In this document: positions 1 to 9,438 of the stretch, piece by piece
Numbering within the stretch: position 1 is the stretch's first letter
Layout of the letters: each line of letters starts with the position of its first letter
From: Solirubrobacterales bacterium
GTDB taxonomy: Bacteria; Actinomycetota; Thermoleophilia; Solirubrobacterales; JACPNS01
DNA length: 64,000 nt
Direction of reading: 5' to 3'
NCBI GenBank assembly: GCA_049276635.1
Contig: JBASWU010000026.1
Location: 2,282 to 66,281, forward strand
Program-made: the position numbers and the translations under genes
The notes under the pieces: model-generated
Databases searched by the model: none
Told to the model about the DNA's origin: nothing
Seen by the model: the letters and a program-made list of their open reading frames with translations, nothing else

Positions 1-1
1 C

Positions 2-256
2 TACGCCGATCTCAATCTGCGCTCGGCGCAGCAGTTGACCGAGATCCGCGAGTCGCTCTACCGCTCCGGCTACTGGTACGCCGCCGAGTTCGGCGACAAG
101 GGCGATTGGGGCGTCGTCAACAACGAGTGGGGGACGTCATTCGTCTCGGCCGACTGGATGCTCGACCGGCTCTGTCCGAAGTGGCAGGTCGTCGAGTACG
201 CGACCGCGCGCAACGAGAACAACCAGGACGTGTACGTACTGCGCAAGCCGCTCTAG
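2..256 (+). CDS. C-terminal fragment of an unidentified protein (5' end lies outside the window)
   Basis: Frame 2 is open from the first bases of the window (YADLNLRSAQQLTEIRESLYRSGYWY...) to TAG at 254-256. The listed ORF 35..256 is only its ATG-delimited tail. I see no motif I can name confidently. Confidence 0.45.
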   Translation, partial: YADLNLRSAQQLTEIRESLYRSGYWYAAEFGDKGDWGVVNNEWGTSFVSADWMLDRLCPKWQVVEYATARNENNQDVYVLRKPL

Positions 257-326
257 ACGCCGCCGCCGAGGCGTCGCGAACAGGCCCGGGCGACAACCCG
301 GCCCGGCGAAGCTACCGCGGAGCCTT

Positions 327-3008
327 CTAGCTGTTCGTGGCCTTTTTCGCCGGCGCCTTGATGGCGGACGGCTTCTTCGCCGGCGACTTTTTCTTCTTTG
401 CCGGCCCGGCCGCACGCCGGTCGGCCAGCAGCTCGGCGGCTCGCTCGGGCGTGATCGTCTCTACGTCGTCGCCCTTGCGCAGCGAGGCGTTGTACTCGCC
501 GTCGGTGACGTAGGGCCCGAAACGGCCGTCTTTCATCACAATTGGCTTGCCGCTGACCGGGTCGTCACCGAGATCCTTCAGCGGTGGCTTGGCGGCGCGC
601 CCGTAGGTCTTGGGTTTGGCGTAGATCGCGCGGGCCTCTTCCTCGGTCAGCGTCAGCAACTGCTCCTCGGTCTCGAGCGATCTCGAATCAGAGCCCTTCT
701 TCAGGTAGGGGCCGTAGCGGCCGTTCTGCGCGACGATCTCCGCGCCGTCGACGTCGTGCCCGATCACCCTCGGCAGCGTCAGCAACGTGACGGCGTCGTC
801 CAAGGTCACCGTATCGAGCTTCATCGAGGCGAACAGGCTCGCGGTACGTGGCTTGGCGCCCTTGGGCGCGTCCTCGGGCAGGACCTCCGTTATGTACGGT
901 CCGTAGCGCCCGTTTCTGGCGACGATCCGCAGACCGGTCTGCGGGTGCGGGCCGAGCTCTCTTTCCATGCCGCTTGGCTCGGCCAGTAGCTGCCTGGCCT
1001 TGTCGATCGTCAGTTCATCTGGAGGCAGGTCTTCGGGCACGTTGGCGCGTGTTGGGACGTCCTCGCCGTCGGCGCCCTTCGTGTATGGCGGTCCCTCGAC
1101 ATATGGGCCGTAGCGCCCGACCCTGACGTTGATCCCCTCGCCCAGCTCAAAGGTCGCAAGGCTGCGTGCGTCGATCTCACCGAGGTCACCGACCAGGCTC
1201 TTCAATCCTGGGTCGCCGCCGCCGGATTCGCCGTCGTCGGTGCCGGCCCAAAAGCGTTGCAACACCTGTACCCGGTCTTCGCGGCCTCCGGCCACCGCGT
1301 CGAGCACGCTTTCCAGCTCGGCGGTGAAGTCGTACTCGACCAGGCGACCGAAGTGCTCCTCAAGCAGCCGCGTCGCGCTGAAGGCGATCCAGGCCGGGAC
1401 GAGCGCGGTGCCTTTCTTGTAGACGTAGCCGCGATCCTGAATCGTGTTGACAATCGAGGCGTAGGTGGAGGGACGCCCGATCTCCCGGTCTTCTAGCTCC
1501 TTGATCAGGCTGGCCTCGGTGAACCGCGCCGGCGGTTTGGTCTGATGGCCGACCGCGCCAAGCTCGGCGGCCGTGACGACATCGCCCTGCTTGACGTTGG
1601 GCAGCTTGGTCTGGGCATCGTCGCTTTCGGCGTCGGGATTCTCCGCCGACTCGACGTAGGCCTTGAGGAACCCGTGAAACGTAATCGTGCGACCGCTTGA
1701 GCCGAATTCGACCTCTTGGCCGTCGAGCGAGTCTCCGGCCACGCGGGCGCGAATCCGGATCGATACAGAGTTGCCCTTGGCGTCGTTCATCTGCGACGCG
1801 ATCGTGCGCTTCCAGATCAGCTCATAGAGCTTGGCCTCGTCGCCGTTGAGTCCGGCTTCTTTCGGCGTGCGGAAGCTCTCTCCGGCCGGGCGGATCGCCT
1901 CGTGCGCCTCTTGCGCGTTCTTGACCGTGCCGGAGTAGACACGCGGCGCATCGGGCAGAAAGTCCTTGCCGTAGAGCTCCGTGACCTGCGCGCGAGCGGC
2001 CTTCAAGGCCGTCTCCGACAGTGTGACCGAGTCGGTGCGCATATAGGTGATGTAGCCCCGTTCGTAGAGCCGCTGGGCAACCTGCATCGTACGGGCGGCG
2101 CCGAAGCCGAACTTACGCGAAGCCTCCTGCTGCATCGTCGTGGTCCGAAACGGCGCGTACGGCCTGCGGGTGTAGGGCTTCGACTCGACCGAATGCACGG
2201 CGAACGTCTGGTCACCGAGTCCGGCCGCCAGGGCGCCCGCCGCCGCTTCGTCGAGATGGACCACATCCTTGGCCGTCAGCTCGCCGGCGTTATTGAAGTT
2301 CGAGCCGATCGCGACGCGCCTGCCGTCGACCGACATCAGCTTCGCCGGAAACTGCCGCGGGTCATGACCCTGGCCGGCGTCGAACATGGCCTCAAGATCC
2401 CAATACGCCGCGGCGTTGAAGGCGATCCGCACCCGCTCGCGCTCGACCACCAAGCGCGTCGCCACCGACTGCACACGCCCGGCCGATAGCCCACTCATCA
2501 CCTTCTTCCAGAGCACGGGGCTGACTTCGTAGCCGTAGAGCCGGTCCAGAATGCGGCGGGTCTCCTGGGCGTCAACGAGGTGCATGTCCACGTCGCGCGG
2601 ATTCTCGATCGCGTGGTGCACGGCGGCTTTGGTGATCTCGTTGAAGACGATCCGCTTAACCGGAACCTTCGGCTTGAGCTCGTCGAGCAGGTGCCAGGCG
2701 ATCGCCTCGCCTTCCCGGTCCTCATCGGTCGCCAGCACGAGTTCGTCGGCGTTCTTCAGCAGCTTTTTCAGCTTCGTCATCTGCTGTTTCTTCTCGGCGG
2801 AGACGACGTAGATCGGCTCGAAGGCCGCCTCGACATTGACGCCGAGACGCGCCCACGGCTTGCCCTTGTGCTCGGCCGGCACCTCGTCGGCATTGCGCGG
2901 AAGATCGCGAATATGTCCGACCGAAGAATCCACGACGTAGCCCTCACCGAGGTAACCCTCGATGCTCTTAACCTTGTTCGGCGACTCGACAATGACGAGT
3001 GTGGACAC
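327..3008 (-). CDS. topA: DNA topoisomerase I (type IA) with Lys/Ala-rich C-terminal tail
   Basis: Toprim start LVIVESPNKVKSIEGYLG, then SVGHIRDLP and the active-site region ITYMRTDS. Repeated RYGPY-type C-terminal modules are followed by the basic tail AGPAKKKKSPAKKPSAIKAPAKKA. I place the start at GTG 3008, which is preceded by AGGAAGGA; the upstream ATG at 3041 would add 11 aa. Confidence 0.95.
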   Translation of the reverse strand: MSTLVIVESPNKVKSIEGYLGEGYVVDSSVGHIRDLPRNADEVPAEHKGKPWARLGVNVEAAFEPIYVVSAEKKQQMTKLKKLLKNADELVLATDEDREGEAIAWHLLDELKPKVPVKRIVFNEITKAAVHHAIENPRDVDMHLVDAQETRRILDRLYGYEVSPVLWKKVMSGLSAGRVQSVATRLVVERERVRIAFNAAAYWDLEAMFDAGQGHDPRQFPAKLMSVDGRRVAIGSNFNNAGELTAKDVVHLDEAAAGALAAGLGDQTFAVHSVESKPYTRRPYAPFRTTTMQQEASRKFGFGAARTMQVAQRLYERGYITYMRTDSVTLSETALKAARAQVTELYGKDFLPDAPRVYSGTVKNAQEAHEAIRPAGESFRTPKEAGLNGDEAKLYELIWKRTIASQMNDAKGNSVSIRIRARVAGDSLDGQEVEFGSSGRTITFHGFLKAYVESAENPDAESDDAQTKLPNVKQGDVVTAAELGAVGHQTKPPARFTEASLIKELEDREIGRPSTYASIVNTIQDRGYVYKKGTALVPAWIAFSATRLLEEHFGRLVEYDFTAELESVLDAVAGGREDRVQVLQRFWAGTDDGESGGGDPGLKSLVGDLGEIDARSLATFELGEGINVRVGRYGPYVEGPPYTKGADGEDVPTRANVPEDLPPDELTIDKARQLLAEPSGMERELGPHPQTGLRIVARNGRYGPYITEVLPEDAPKGAKPRTASLFASMKLDTVTLDDAVTLLTLPRVIGHDVDGAEIVAQNGRYGPYLKKGSDSRSLETEEQLLTLTEEEARAIYAKPKTYGRAAKPPLKDLGDDPVSGKPIVMKDGRFGPYVTDGEYNASLRKGDDVETITPERAAELLADRRAAGPAKKKKSPAKKPSAIKAPAKKATNS

Positions 3009-3243
3009 TGCGTATTCCTTCCTGGGCGGCCGGCTCGGCACACCGTAGCGTGTGCCCGAACACGAAGCAAACGGTAGTCGCGCGCGGCTCGGCCACGCCT
3101 TCGAGAGCGGTTACCGTACGCTTTGCCTGCCCTGTTGATCCCACCGGTCGCCCGGCTGGGAATGCGGCCGGGCATCGGCTCGGAGCGAGCCCGAGCTTAA
3201 GACTTCAACGCGGTATGAACGAAGCACGGATCAAGGAGATGAC

Positions 3244-4185
3244 ATGAAGGCGTTGGTAACAGGCGGTTCTGGATTCATCGGCTCGAACGTGGTCGACGCG
3301 CTGGTCGAGCGAGGAGACGAGGTACAGGTGATCGACGACCTGTCGACCGGAAGACGCTCAAACCTCGACAACGCGATCGAAGCGGGCGTGGTTTTGACCG
3401 AGCGGTCGATCACCGATCGTGCTGCGGTCGACGACGTGATCGGGTCGTTCAGGCCCGACGTGATCTTCCACCTCGGCGCTCAGATCGACGTGCGCAAGTC
3501 AGTCGCCGATCCGGCGTTCGACTCGGTCGTCAACATCGGTGGCACGATCAACCTGCTCGAGTCGGCGCGCGAGTTTGGCGTCGGCCGACTCGTCTTCAGC
3601 TCAACCGGTGGCGCGATCTACGGAGAGGCCGAGACGATCCCGACCCCCGAGACCTACACGCCCAGCCCAGAGGCCCCCTACGGCCAGGCGAAGTACGCCG
3701 CCGAGGGCTATCTCGGCCTCGGCGAACGGCTCTACGGCATGTCGACCGTCTCGCTGCGCTACGGCAACGTCTATGGACCGCGCCAGGACCCGCTCGGTGA
3801 GGCCGGCGTGATCGCGATCTTCTGCGGCAAGCTGATCTCCGGTGAGCGCCCGACCGTCTTCGGCGACGGCACGCAGACGCGCGACTACGTGTACGTCGGC
3901 GACGTCGTCGCCGCGAACCTGCTTGCGGCGGCGGCCGACGTCACCGGACCGATCAACATCGGCACCGGCCGCGAGACCTCGGTGCTCGATCTCGTCGCCG
4001 CGCTCGCGCCGCACGCGACCGCCGATTTCACGCCGGACTTCGAGCCGCCGCGCCTCGGCGAGCTGCCGCGCAGTGCGCTCGACGTTTCCCGCGCCGCTCA
4101 GACGTTGGGGTGGAAGGCCGAGGTTGAGATCGGCGACGGGCTCGATACGACCCTGAAGTGGGCGCGAGCAGAGGTCCCCGCCTGA
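3244..4185 (+). CDS. NAD-dependent sugar-nucleotide epimerase/dehydratase (GalE-like extended SDR)
   Basis: N-terminal Rossmann motif MKALVTGGSGFIGSNVV and catalytic YGQAKYAAE (YxxxK). AAGGAG RBS lies 5 nt upstream of the ATG. Length is 313 aa. Confidence 0.85.
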   Translation: MKALVTGGSGFIGSNVVDALVERGDEVQVIDDLSTGRRSNLDNAIEAGVVLTERSITDRAAVDDVIGSFRPDVIFHLGAQIDVRKSVADPAFDSVVNIGGTINLLESAREFGVGRLVFSSTGGAIYGEAETIPTPETYTPSPEAPYGQAKYAAEGYLGLGERLYGMSTVSLRYGNVYGPRQDPLGEAGVIAIFCGKLISGERPTVFGDGTQTRDYVYVGDVVAANLLAAAADVTGPINIGTGRETSVLDLVAALAPHATADFTPDFEPPRLGELPRSALDVSRAAQTLGWKAEVEIGDGLDTTLKWARAEVPA

Positions 4186-4186
4186 G

Positions 4187-4230
4187 AAAAAAATGGCCAG
4201 ATGGTTGCGAGGACGCACAACCATCTGGCC
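4187..4230 (-). terminator. Rho-independent terminator read on the minus strand
   Basis: Perfect 13-bp stem GGCCAGATGGTTG (4195-4207) / CAACCATCTGGCC (4218-4230) with a 10-nt loop. On the minus strand it is followed by T7 (A7 at 4187-4193 on the plus strand). Confidence 0.6.
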
Positions 4231-4492
4231 TAATGAGGGCTGGTATCAGACCTTCGGGGACACTCGAGTCTGGCCCTTCACCCTTGATGTGTGGTGCGCG
4301 GAAGACGGGTTGGGGGCAGACACCGACCCGTCCGATAATCGCTGCCACAGGCTTGTCATCGGATGCGTAGAAGCGAAACTTTAGGAAAAACTGGCCGATT
4401 GGCCAAAATACGCATTTGTTAGTAATTTGTCCTGGTTTCGCTACCGGATTCTCGATTGCCCATGCCTGATGACCTGCCGCCGAGGCACTTGC

Positions 4493-6040
4493 CTAGCCGT
4501 ACGACGGGGGCTCGGCCGCGTCGTCGAACCCCAGCTGCTCCGGGAGAAGGCCGGCGGGAGGGTCCTCGGGTGGCCCCGCAAAAGGCTCCGTGAGAGGCTC
4601 GCCCACGCGATCGCCGCGAAGGATCTCGAGCGCGGCGAGGATCCCGAGCGTCAGCGCTATCGCCAGCAGCGGCAGCATCGGCAGCCGGAACCGGCCCTCC
4701 GCGTGGAAAAGCAGGTGAGCGAGCGGCAGCGTCAGGATCGGGATCGCGATCAACCGCGCGGGCGAGCCGGGCCCTTCCGGCCAAAGGCTCCATAGCCCAA
4801 GCGCCAGAAACAAAACGTAGAGCGCAATCCAGACCACGTTGACAACCCGGTCGGCCGCCACAAAACTGGAATCCGCGCGCGTCGCGACGGGAATCATGCT
4901 GCGCCAGTGCCGCATGTCGGCGCGGTACTCGCCACGGGCGTGATCGGGATTCCACGGCGAAACCAGCGCCGCGAGCCGGTCGGGGATCGCCCGCGCCGAC
5001 CGGCCGGGATGCGCGGTCAGCTCGCCGAGTCCCTGACGCTGCATGCAGTCGGCGAACTCGAAGGCGTTGGCCGGACCGCCGACACCGGCCGGATCCAGGT
5101 CTACGCACTCCGGAGAGATCAACGGCCGGGTGCCGCTGCCGCCGACCGGCCGGACGTTGTCCTCATAGAGCGCCACCTGCCAGCCGACCGAGACGGGAAC
5201 GATCTCGTCGTAGATCGCGTAGTCGCGAACAACCCACGCCGCCGGCAGCAACAGTGACACCAGCACGAAGATCGCGCAGTAGCGGCGCGGCACGGCCGTC
5301 AGCAGCCAGATCGCCATAAAGGGGAGCGCAATCGCGATCCGCGGCTGGGTAAGCACCGCGCACGAAACAGCCAGTCCGGCGATCATCACCGGCAAGCCGG
5401 CGCCGAGCCGGCGCTTGGGCTTGGCGCCTTGAGCGGGCGGGTCCGGCGACGGCGGCGCGTCGGCTTCGCGAGCCTGAACCAGCGAGAGCACCGCCGCCGT
5501 CAGCAGAAACGCCAGCAGCGTCTCGTTCATGAAGAGGTTCGGCGTGTCGATCATCGCGATCGAGATCGTCAGCAGCAGCGGGGGCACCAGCGCCGAGAAA
5601 CCGAACAGCACGCGGCGCGCCAGCGCGAAGGTCATCAGCGTCGTCGCCCCGGCCAGCAGCCACTGTACGCCACGCACGATCAGCAGCACGTACTCCCTGC
5701 CGGCATACACGTCGCCGGCCGGCAACAGGTTCCAGATTCCCGTGATCAGCAGCGGGTAGCCCGGCGGCGTCGCCTCGGGCGCCGCGCCGAGCGTCGCCTG
5801 CGAGGCGCCGGTGATCCCGTCGCGCACGAAGCTCTCGGCCTGGGCGAGAAAGATCAGCGCGTCGGGCCCCAGGCGCACGTCGAGATCATCGCGGAACTTG
5901 AGGTACCACAAAGCGCGCGCGCCGACCCCGGCCACCGAGATAAAAATCGCCCAGGACCACAGACGGCGCGCCGACGGCCCGATGGCTCGGCTTTCCCGCA
6001 TACCGGGGGTATTCGCCGCCGGGTCGCCGGATACATGCAT
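4493..6040 (-). CDS. Polytopic membrane protein, GT-C fold glycosyltransferase (ArnT/PMT GT39/GT83-like)
   Basis: 515 aa with many hydrophobic helices, an acidic first loop (RDDLDVRLGPDALIFLAQAESF) and a PPGYPLLI motif typical of ArnT/PMT_2-type enzymes. The C-terminus is Pro-rich. The family call is by pattern only. Confidence 0.55.
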   Translation of the reverse strand: MHVSGDPAANTPGMRESRAIGPSARRLWSWAIFISVAGVGARALWYLKFRDDLDVRLGPDALIFLAQAESFVRDGITGASQATLGAAPEATPPGYPLLITGIWNLLPAGDVYAGREYVLLIVRGVQWLLAGATTLMTFALARRVLFGFSALVPPLLLTISIAMIDTPNLFMNETLLAFLLTAAVLSLVQAREADAPPSPDPPAQGAKPKRRLGAGLPVMIAGLAVSCAVLTQPRIAIALPFMAIWLLTAVPRRYCAIFVLVSLLLPAAWVVRDYAIYDEIVPVSVGWQVALYEDNVRPVGGSGTRPLISPECVDLDPAGVGGPANAFEFADCMQRQGLGELTAHPGRSARAIPDRLAALVSPWNPDHARGEYRADMRHWRSMIPVATRADSSFVAADRVVNVVWIALYVLFLALGLWSLWPEGPGSPARLIAIPILTLPLAHLLFHAEGRFRLPMLPLLAIALTLGILAALEILRGDRVGEPLTEPFAGPPEDPPAGLLPEQLGFDDAAEPPSYG

Positions 6041-6376
6041 TTAAACCCGCTCTTTCGCTTGTTTATCCCTCCTGCCGGCGGCATGGTTCTCGGCGTTCGA
6101 CGGTAAAATCAGCGACGAACCGGATTCGATTCTTGCTGCGCGCGCCAGTCCCTCCCGATGGATTCCGTCCGAGCCAAGTGATTGATTGTCGAGTTACCCG
6201 CTGATAGCGGGTGTGGCGTCTGTAAACAGGCCGAAAATGCGGGATATTCACGCGATTTTCACGTCAGCACCGCAGGCTCGCCGAAGCTCGTTAGATCAGA
6301 TCGAAAGACAAATTGCAGCAACATATTCCGGGCCGGACACGGGCCCGGAAGCGGCCTTTATTGGAGGGGATCGCTG

Positions 6377-9340
6377 ATGACACTCACAGAAACAGCAACA
6401 CAGGCACCACTCGACCAGACGACCGGTGCGGGTCCGGGCGCTAACAACACGCACGGCCACGGCCGCGGCCTGACGCTTGAGCGCTTCTACACCGAGGCCG
6501 GCGTACACCCGTTTGACACCGTCGAATGGGAGATCCGCGACGCGATCATCGGCGACCCCGACAAACCGGCCTTCGTGCAGCGCGGCGTCGAGTTCCCCAA
6601 GACCTGGAGCCAGAACGCCACCAACATCGTCGCCCAGAAATACTTCCGCGGCAAGATGGACAGCCCCGAGCGCGAGAGTTCGGTAAAGCAGATGATCGGC
6701 CGAGTCAGCGGCACGATCGCCGGCTGGGGCCGCGCGGCCGGCTACTTCGCCGGCGAGGCCGACGCGCAGGTCTTCGAAGACGAGTTGACCTACATCCTCC
6801 TCCACCAGGTCGCCGCCTTCAACTCGCCCGTCTGGTTCAACGTCGGCTTCGAGGAGCACCCGCAGTGTTCGGCCTGCTTCATTCTCAGCGTCGAGGACAC
6901 GATGGAGTCGATTCTCGACTGGAACACCCGCGAGGGCATGATCTTCCGCGGCGGTTCCGGCAGCGGCATCAACCTCTCCAACATCCGCGGCTCGATGGAA
7001 AGCCTCAAGAAGGGCGGACTCGCCAGCGGCCCGGTCTCGTTCATGCGTGGCGCCGACTCCTGGGCCGGCACGATCAAATCCGGCGGCAAGACCCGCCGCG
7101 CGGCGAAGATGGTCGTGCTCGACATCGACCATCCCGACATCGAAGACTTCATCTGGTGCAAGGCCAAGGAAGAGGACAAGGCCCGCGCGCTGCGCGACGC
7201 CGGCTTCGACATGTCGATCGACGGCGACGGCTTCACCTCGATCCAGTACCAGAACGCCAACAACTCGGTGCGCGTCAGCGACGAGTTCATGGAGGCCGTA
7301 GAGGCCGGCGAGCGCTGGTGGACCAAGACCCGCGTCGACGGGTCGCCGGTCAAGGAATACGACGCCCGCGACCTGATGCGACAGATCTCCGACGCCGCCT
7401 GGCGCTGCGCCGACCCCGGCGTGCAGTACGACACGATCATCAACCGCTGGCACACCTGCCCCAACTCCGGCCGGATCAACGCGTCGAACCCGTGCAGCGA
7501 GTACATGCACGTCGACGACTCGGCCTGCAACCTCGCGTCGCTCAACCTGATGAAGTTCCGCCGCGACGACGGCACGATCGACGTACCGCGGTTCGAGCAC
7601 GCGGTCGACATCGTGCTGCTCGCCCAGGAGATCGTCGTCTCGCCGAGCAGCTACCCGACCGAGGCGATCGGCGACAACGCCCGCGCCTTCCGCCAGCTCG
7701 GTCTCGGCTACGCCAACCTCGGCGCGCTGCTGATGAGCAACGGCCTGCCTTACGACAGCGATCGTGGTCGCGCCGACGCCGCCGCGATCACCGCGCTGAT
7801 GACCGGACGCGCCTACCGCCAGAGCGCGCTCATCGCCGAAGCGATCGGCAGCTACGACAAGTACCCCGAGAACGCCGAGCCGCACATGAACGTGATGCGC
7901 ATGCACCGCGACGCCTCCTACGAGATCCCCGACGATCTGCTCGAGGACACGCCGCTGGTGGTGGCGGCGCGGCGCTCCTGGGACGAGGCCGTCGAGCTCG
8001 GCCTGCGACACGGCTACCGCAACGCCCAGGCCACGGTGCTGGCGCCGACCGGCACGATCTCGTTTCTGATGGACTGCGACACGACCGGCATCGAGCCCGA
8101 TTTCTCGCTGGTCAAGTTCAAGGAGCTCGTCGGCGGCGGCAACATGACGATCGTCAACCAGACGGTGCCGCTGGCCTTACGCACGCTCGGCTACGACGAG
8201 TCGGCGATCGAGGGCATTGTCGACCACATCGCCGCCGAGGGCACGATCGTCGCCGCTCCCGGGCTTCGGGACCAGCACCTGCCGGTCTTCGACGTCGCCG
8301 TCGGCGAACGCGCGATCAGCCACATGGGTCACATCAAGATGATGGCCGCGGCTCAGCCGTTTTTGTCCGGTGCGATCTCGAAGACGGTCAACATGCCGGC
8401 CACCGCATCGGTCGACGACATCGCCGACGCCTACATCCAGGGCTGGAACTACGGCCTCAAGGCACTGGCGATCTACCGCGACGGCTCCAAGACCGCCCAG
8501 GCGCTGCGCACCGACGCCCAGGAGGGCGCCGACGCCGAGGGCAACGTCGTACTCACCCAGGAAGAGTTCGACAAGCAGCTCGAGACCGCCCGCGCCGAGG
8601 GCGCCGCCGAGGCCGGCAAGAAGCCGCACCGCCGCCGCATGCCCGTCGAGCGCAACTCGCTGACGCACAAGTTCTCGATCGGCGGCCACGAGGGCTACAT
8701 CACCGCCGGCCAGTACGACGACGGTACGCCGGGCGAGATCTTCCTGACCGACATCGGCAAGGAGGGCTCGACCCTGCGCGGCATGATGAACGCCTTCGCC
8801 ACTGCGATCTCGGTCGGCCTGCAGTACGGCGTGCCGCTTGAGACCTTCGTCGACAAGTTTTCCTACATGCGCTTCGAGCCCGAGGGCATGACGCGCAACA
8901 AGGAGATCCCGTTCGCTAAGTCGATGCCCGACTACATCATGCGCTGGCTCGCCTCGCGCTACTGCGACACCGACCTGCAGGAGGAGCTGGGCATCATGAC
9001 CGAGGCCGTCCGCGCCCGCAAGGCCGGCGAAGAGGCCGCCGTCAGCGGGCGCGGCGACACCGCCGGCCCGAGCAACGGCCACGGTTCACCGCAGGCAAGC
9101 AACGGCAACGGCAACGGCGGCGCGAGCACCTTGCCCGAGACGACGCCGAAGGCGGCCAAGGGCGACACAGGGATCAAGCCCGCGTCGTCGGCGCTCAAAG
9201 CCGACGCCCCGGTCGCCGCCCCGGCCAAGCTGGTGGGCCTCGACCTCGGCCCGGCCTGCGGCCAGTGCGGCGGCATGATGCAGCGCACGGGGTCTTGCTA
9301 CACGTGCAGCAGCTGCGGTAACAACACCGGGTGCGGTTGA
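6377..9340 (+). CDS. nrdJ: Adenosylcobalamin-dependent (class II) ribonucleotide reductase with C-terminal Cys-rich zinc-finger tail
   Basis: Long conserved blocks (VAAFNSPVWFNVG, SACFIL, NPCSEY, TISFLMDCDTTGIEPDF, SKTVNMP, LKALAIYRDGSK). The C-terminal tail is CGQCGGMMQRTGSCYTCSSCGNNTGCG. Start set to ATG 6377 after GGAGGGGA; the upstream part of ORF 6182.. has non-coding-like composition. Confidence 0.95.
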   Translation: MTLTETATQAPLDQTTGAGPGANNTHGHGRGLTLERFYTEAGVHPFDTVEWEIRDAIIGDPDKPAFVQRGVEFPKTWSQNATNIVAQKYFRGKMDSPERESSVKQMIGRVSGTIAGWGRAAGYFAGEADAQVFEDELTYILLHQVAAFNSPVWFNVGFEEHPQCSACFILSVEDTMESILDWNTREGMIFRGGSGSGINLSNIRGSMESLKKGGLASGPVSFMRGADSWAGTIKSGGKTRRAAKMVVLDIDHPDIEDFIWCKAKEEDKARALRDAGFDMSIDGDGFTSIQYQNANNSVRVSDEFMEAVEAGERWWTKTRVDGSPVKEYDARDLMRQISDAAWRCADPGVQYDTIINRWHTCPNSGRINASNPCSEYMHVDDSACNLASLNLMKFRRDDGTIDVPRFEHAVDIVLLAQEIVVSPSSYPTEAIGDNARAFRQLGLGYANLGALLMSNGLPYDSDRGRADAAAITALMTGRAYRQSALIAEAIGSYDKYPENAEPHMNVMRMHRDASYEIPDDLLEDTPLVVAARRSWDEAVELGLRHGYRNAQATVLAPTGTISFLMDCDTTGIEPDFSLVKFKELVGGGNMTIVNQTVPLALRTLGYDESAIEGIVDHIAAEGTIVAAPGLRDQHLPVFDVAVGERAISHMGHIKMMAAAQPFLSGAISKTVNMPATASVDDIADAYIQGWNYGLKALAIYRDGSKTAQALRTDAQEGADAEGNVVLTQEEFDKQLETARAEGAAEAGKKPHRRRMPVERNSLTHKFSIGGHEGYITAGQYDDGTPGEIFLTDIGKEGSTLRGMMNAFATAISVGLQYGVPLETFVDKFSYMRFEPEGMTRNKEIPFAKSMPDYIMRWLASRYCDTDLQEELGIMTEAVRARKAGEEAAVSGRGDTAGPSNGHGSPQASNGNGNGGASTLPETTPKAAKGDTGIKPASSALKADAPVAAPAKLVGLDLGPACGQCGGMMQRTGSCYTCSSCGNNTGCG

Positions 9341-9372
9341 TCGTCGCACCCGGCCACCGATCACGTTGCCCC

Positions 9373-9406
9373 GAAGGGCGCCCGCACGGGCGCCCTTCGT
9401 ATTTGT
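9373..9406 (+). terminator. Rho-independent terminator after nrdJ
   Basis: GAAGGGCGCCCG / CGGGCGCCCTTC perfect palindromic stem (9373-9398), followed by GTATTTGT. Confidence 0.6.
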
Positions 9407-9438
9407 GAGGCCATAACCACGGCACGAGCCGGCGGACT

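Noticed and set aside
4192-4203. Shared 12-mer AATGGCCAGATG at 4192 and at about 49226, both just downstream of plus-strand genes, as a dispersed repeat
   Set aside because: A single shared 12-mer is expected by chance many times in 64 kb, and the flanks do not align.
6182-6376. N-terminal 65-aa extension of the nrdJ ORF
   Set aside because: The extension (MIVELPADSGCGVCKQAENAGYSRDF...) has no similarity to RNR N-termini. ATG 6377 has a GGAGGGGA RBS and begins the conserved region.
6041-6376. Cobalamin riboswitch or tandem NrdR boxes upstream of nrdJ
   Set aside because: I could not find a B12-box-like core or a pair of 16-bp acaCwAtATaTwGtgt-type palindromes. Only short unrelated hairpins and a GAAAAT/ATTTTC outer palindrome are present. 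I left this as an open question rather than a feature.
6296-8841. Very long ORFs overlapping nrdJ (6296..8011 minus strand, 571 aa; 6526..8841 plus strand in another frame, 771 aa; 8177..9082 minus strand)
   Set aside because: They lie entirely inside the strongly conserved nrdJ frame. Their translations are Arg/Pro/Gly/Ala-dominated low-complexity strings with no motifs. This is the expected stop-codon-poor artefact of high-GC DNA.
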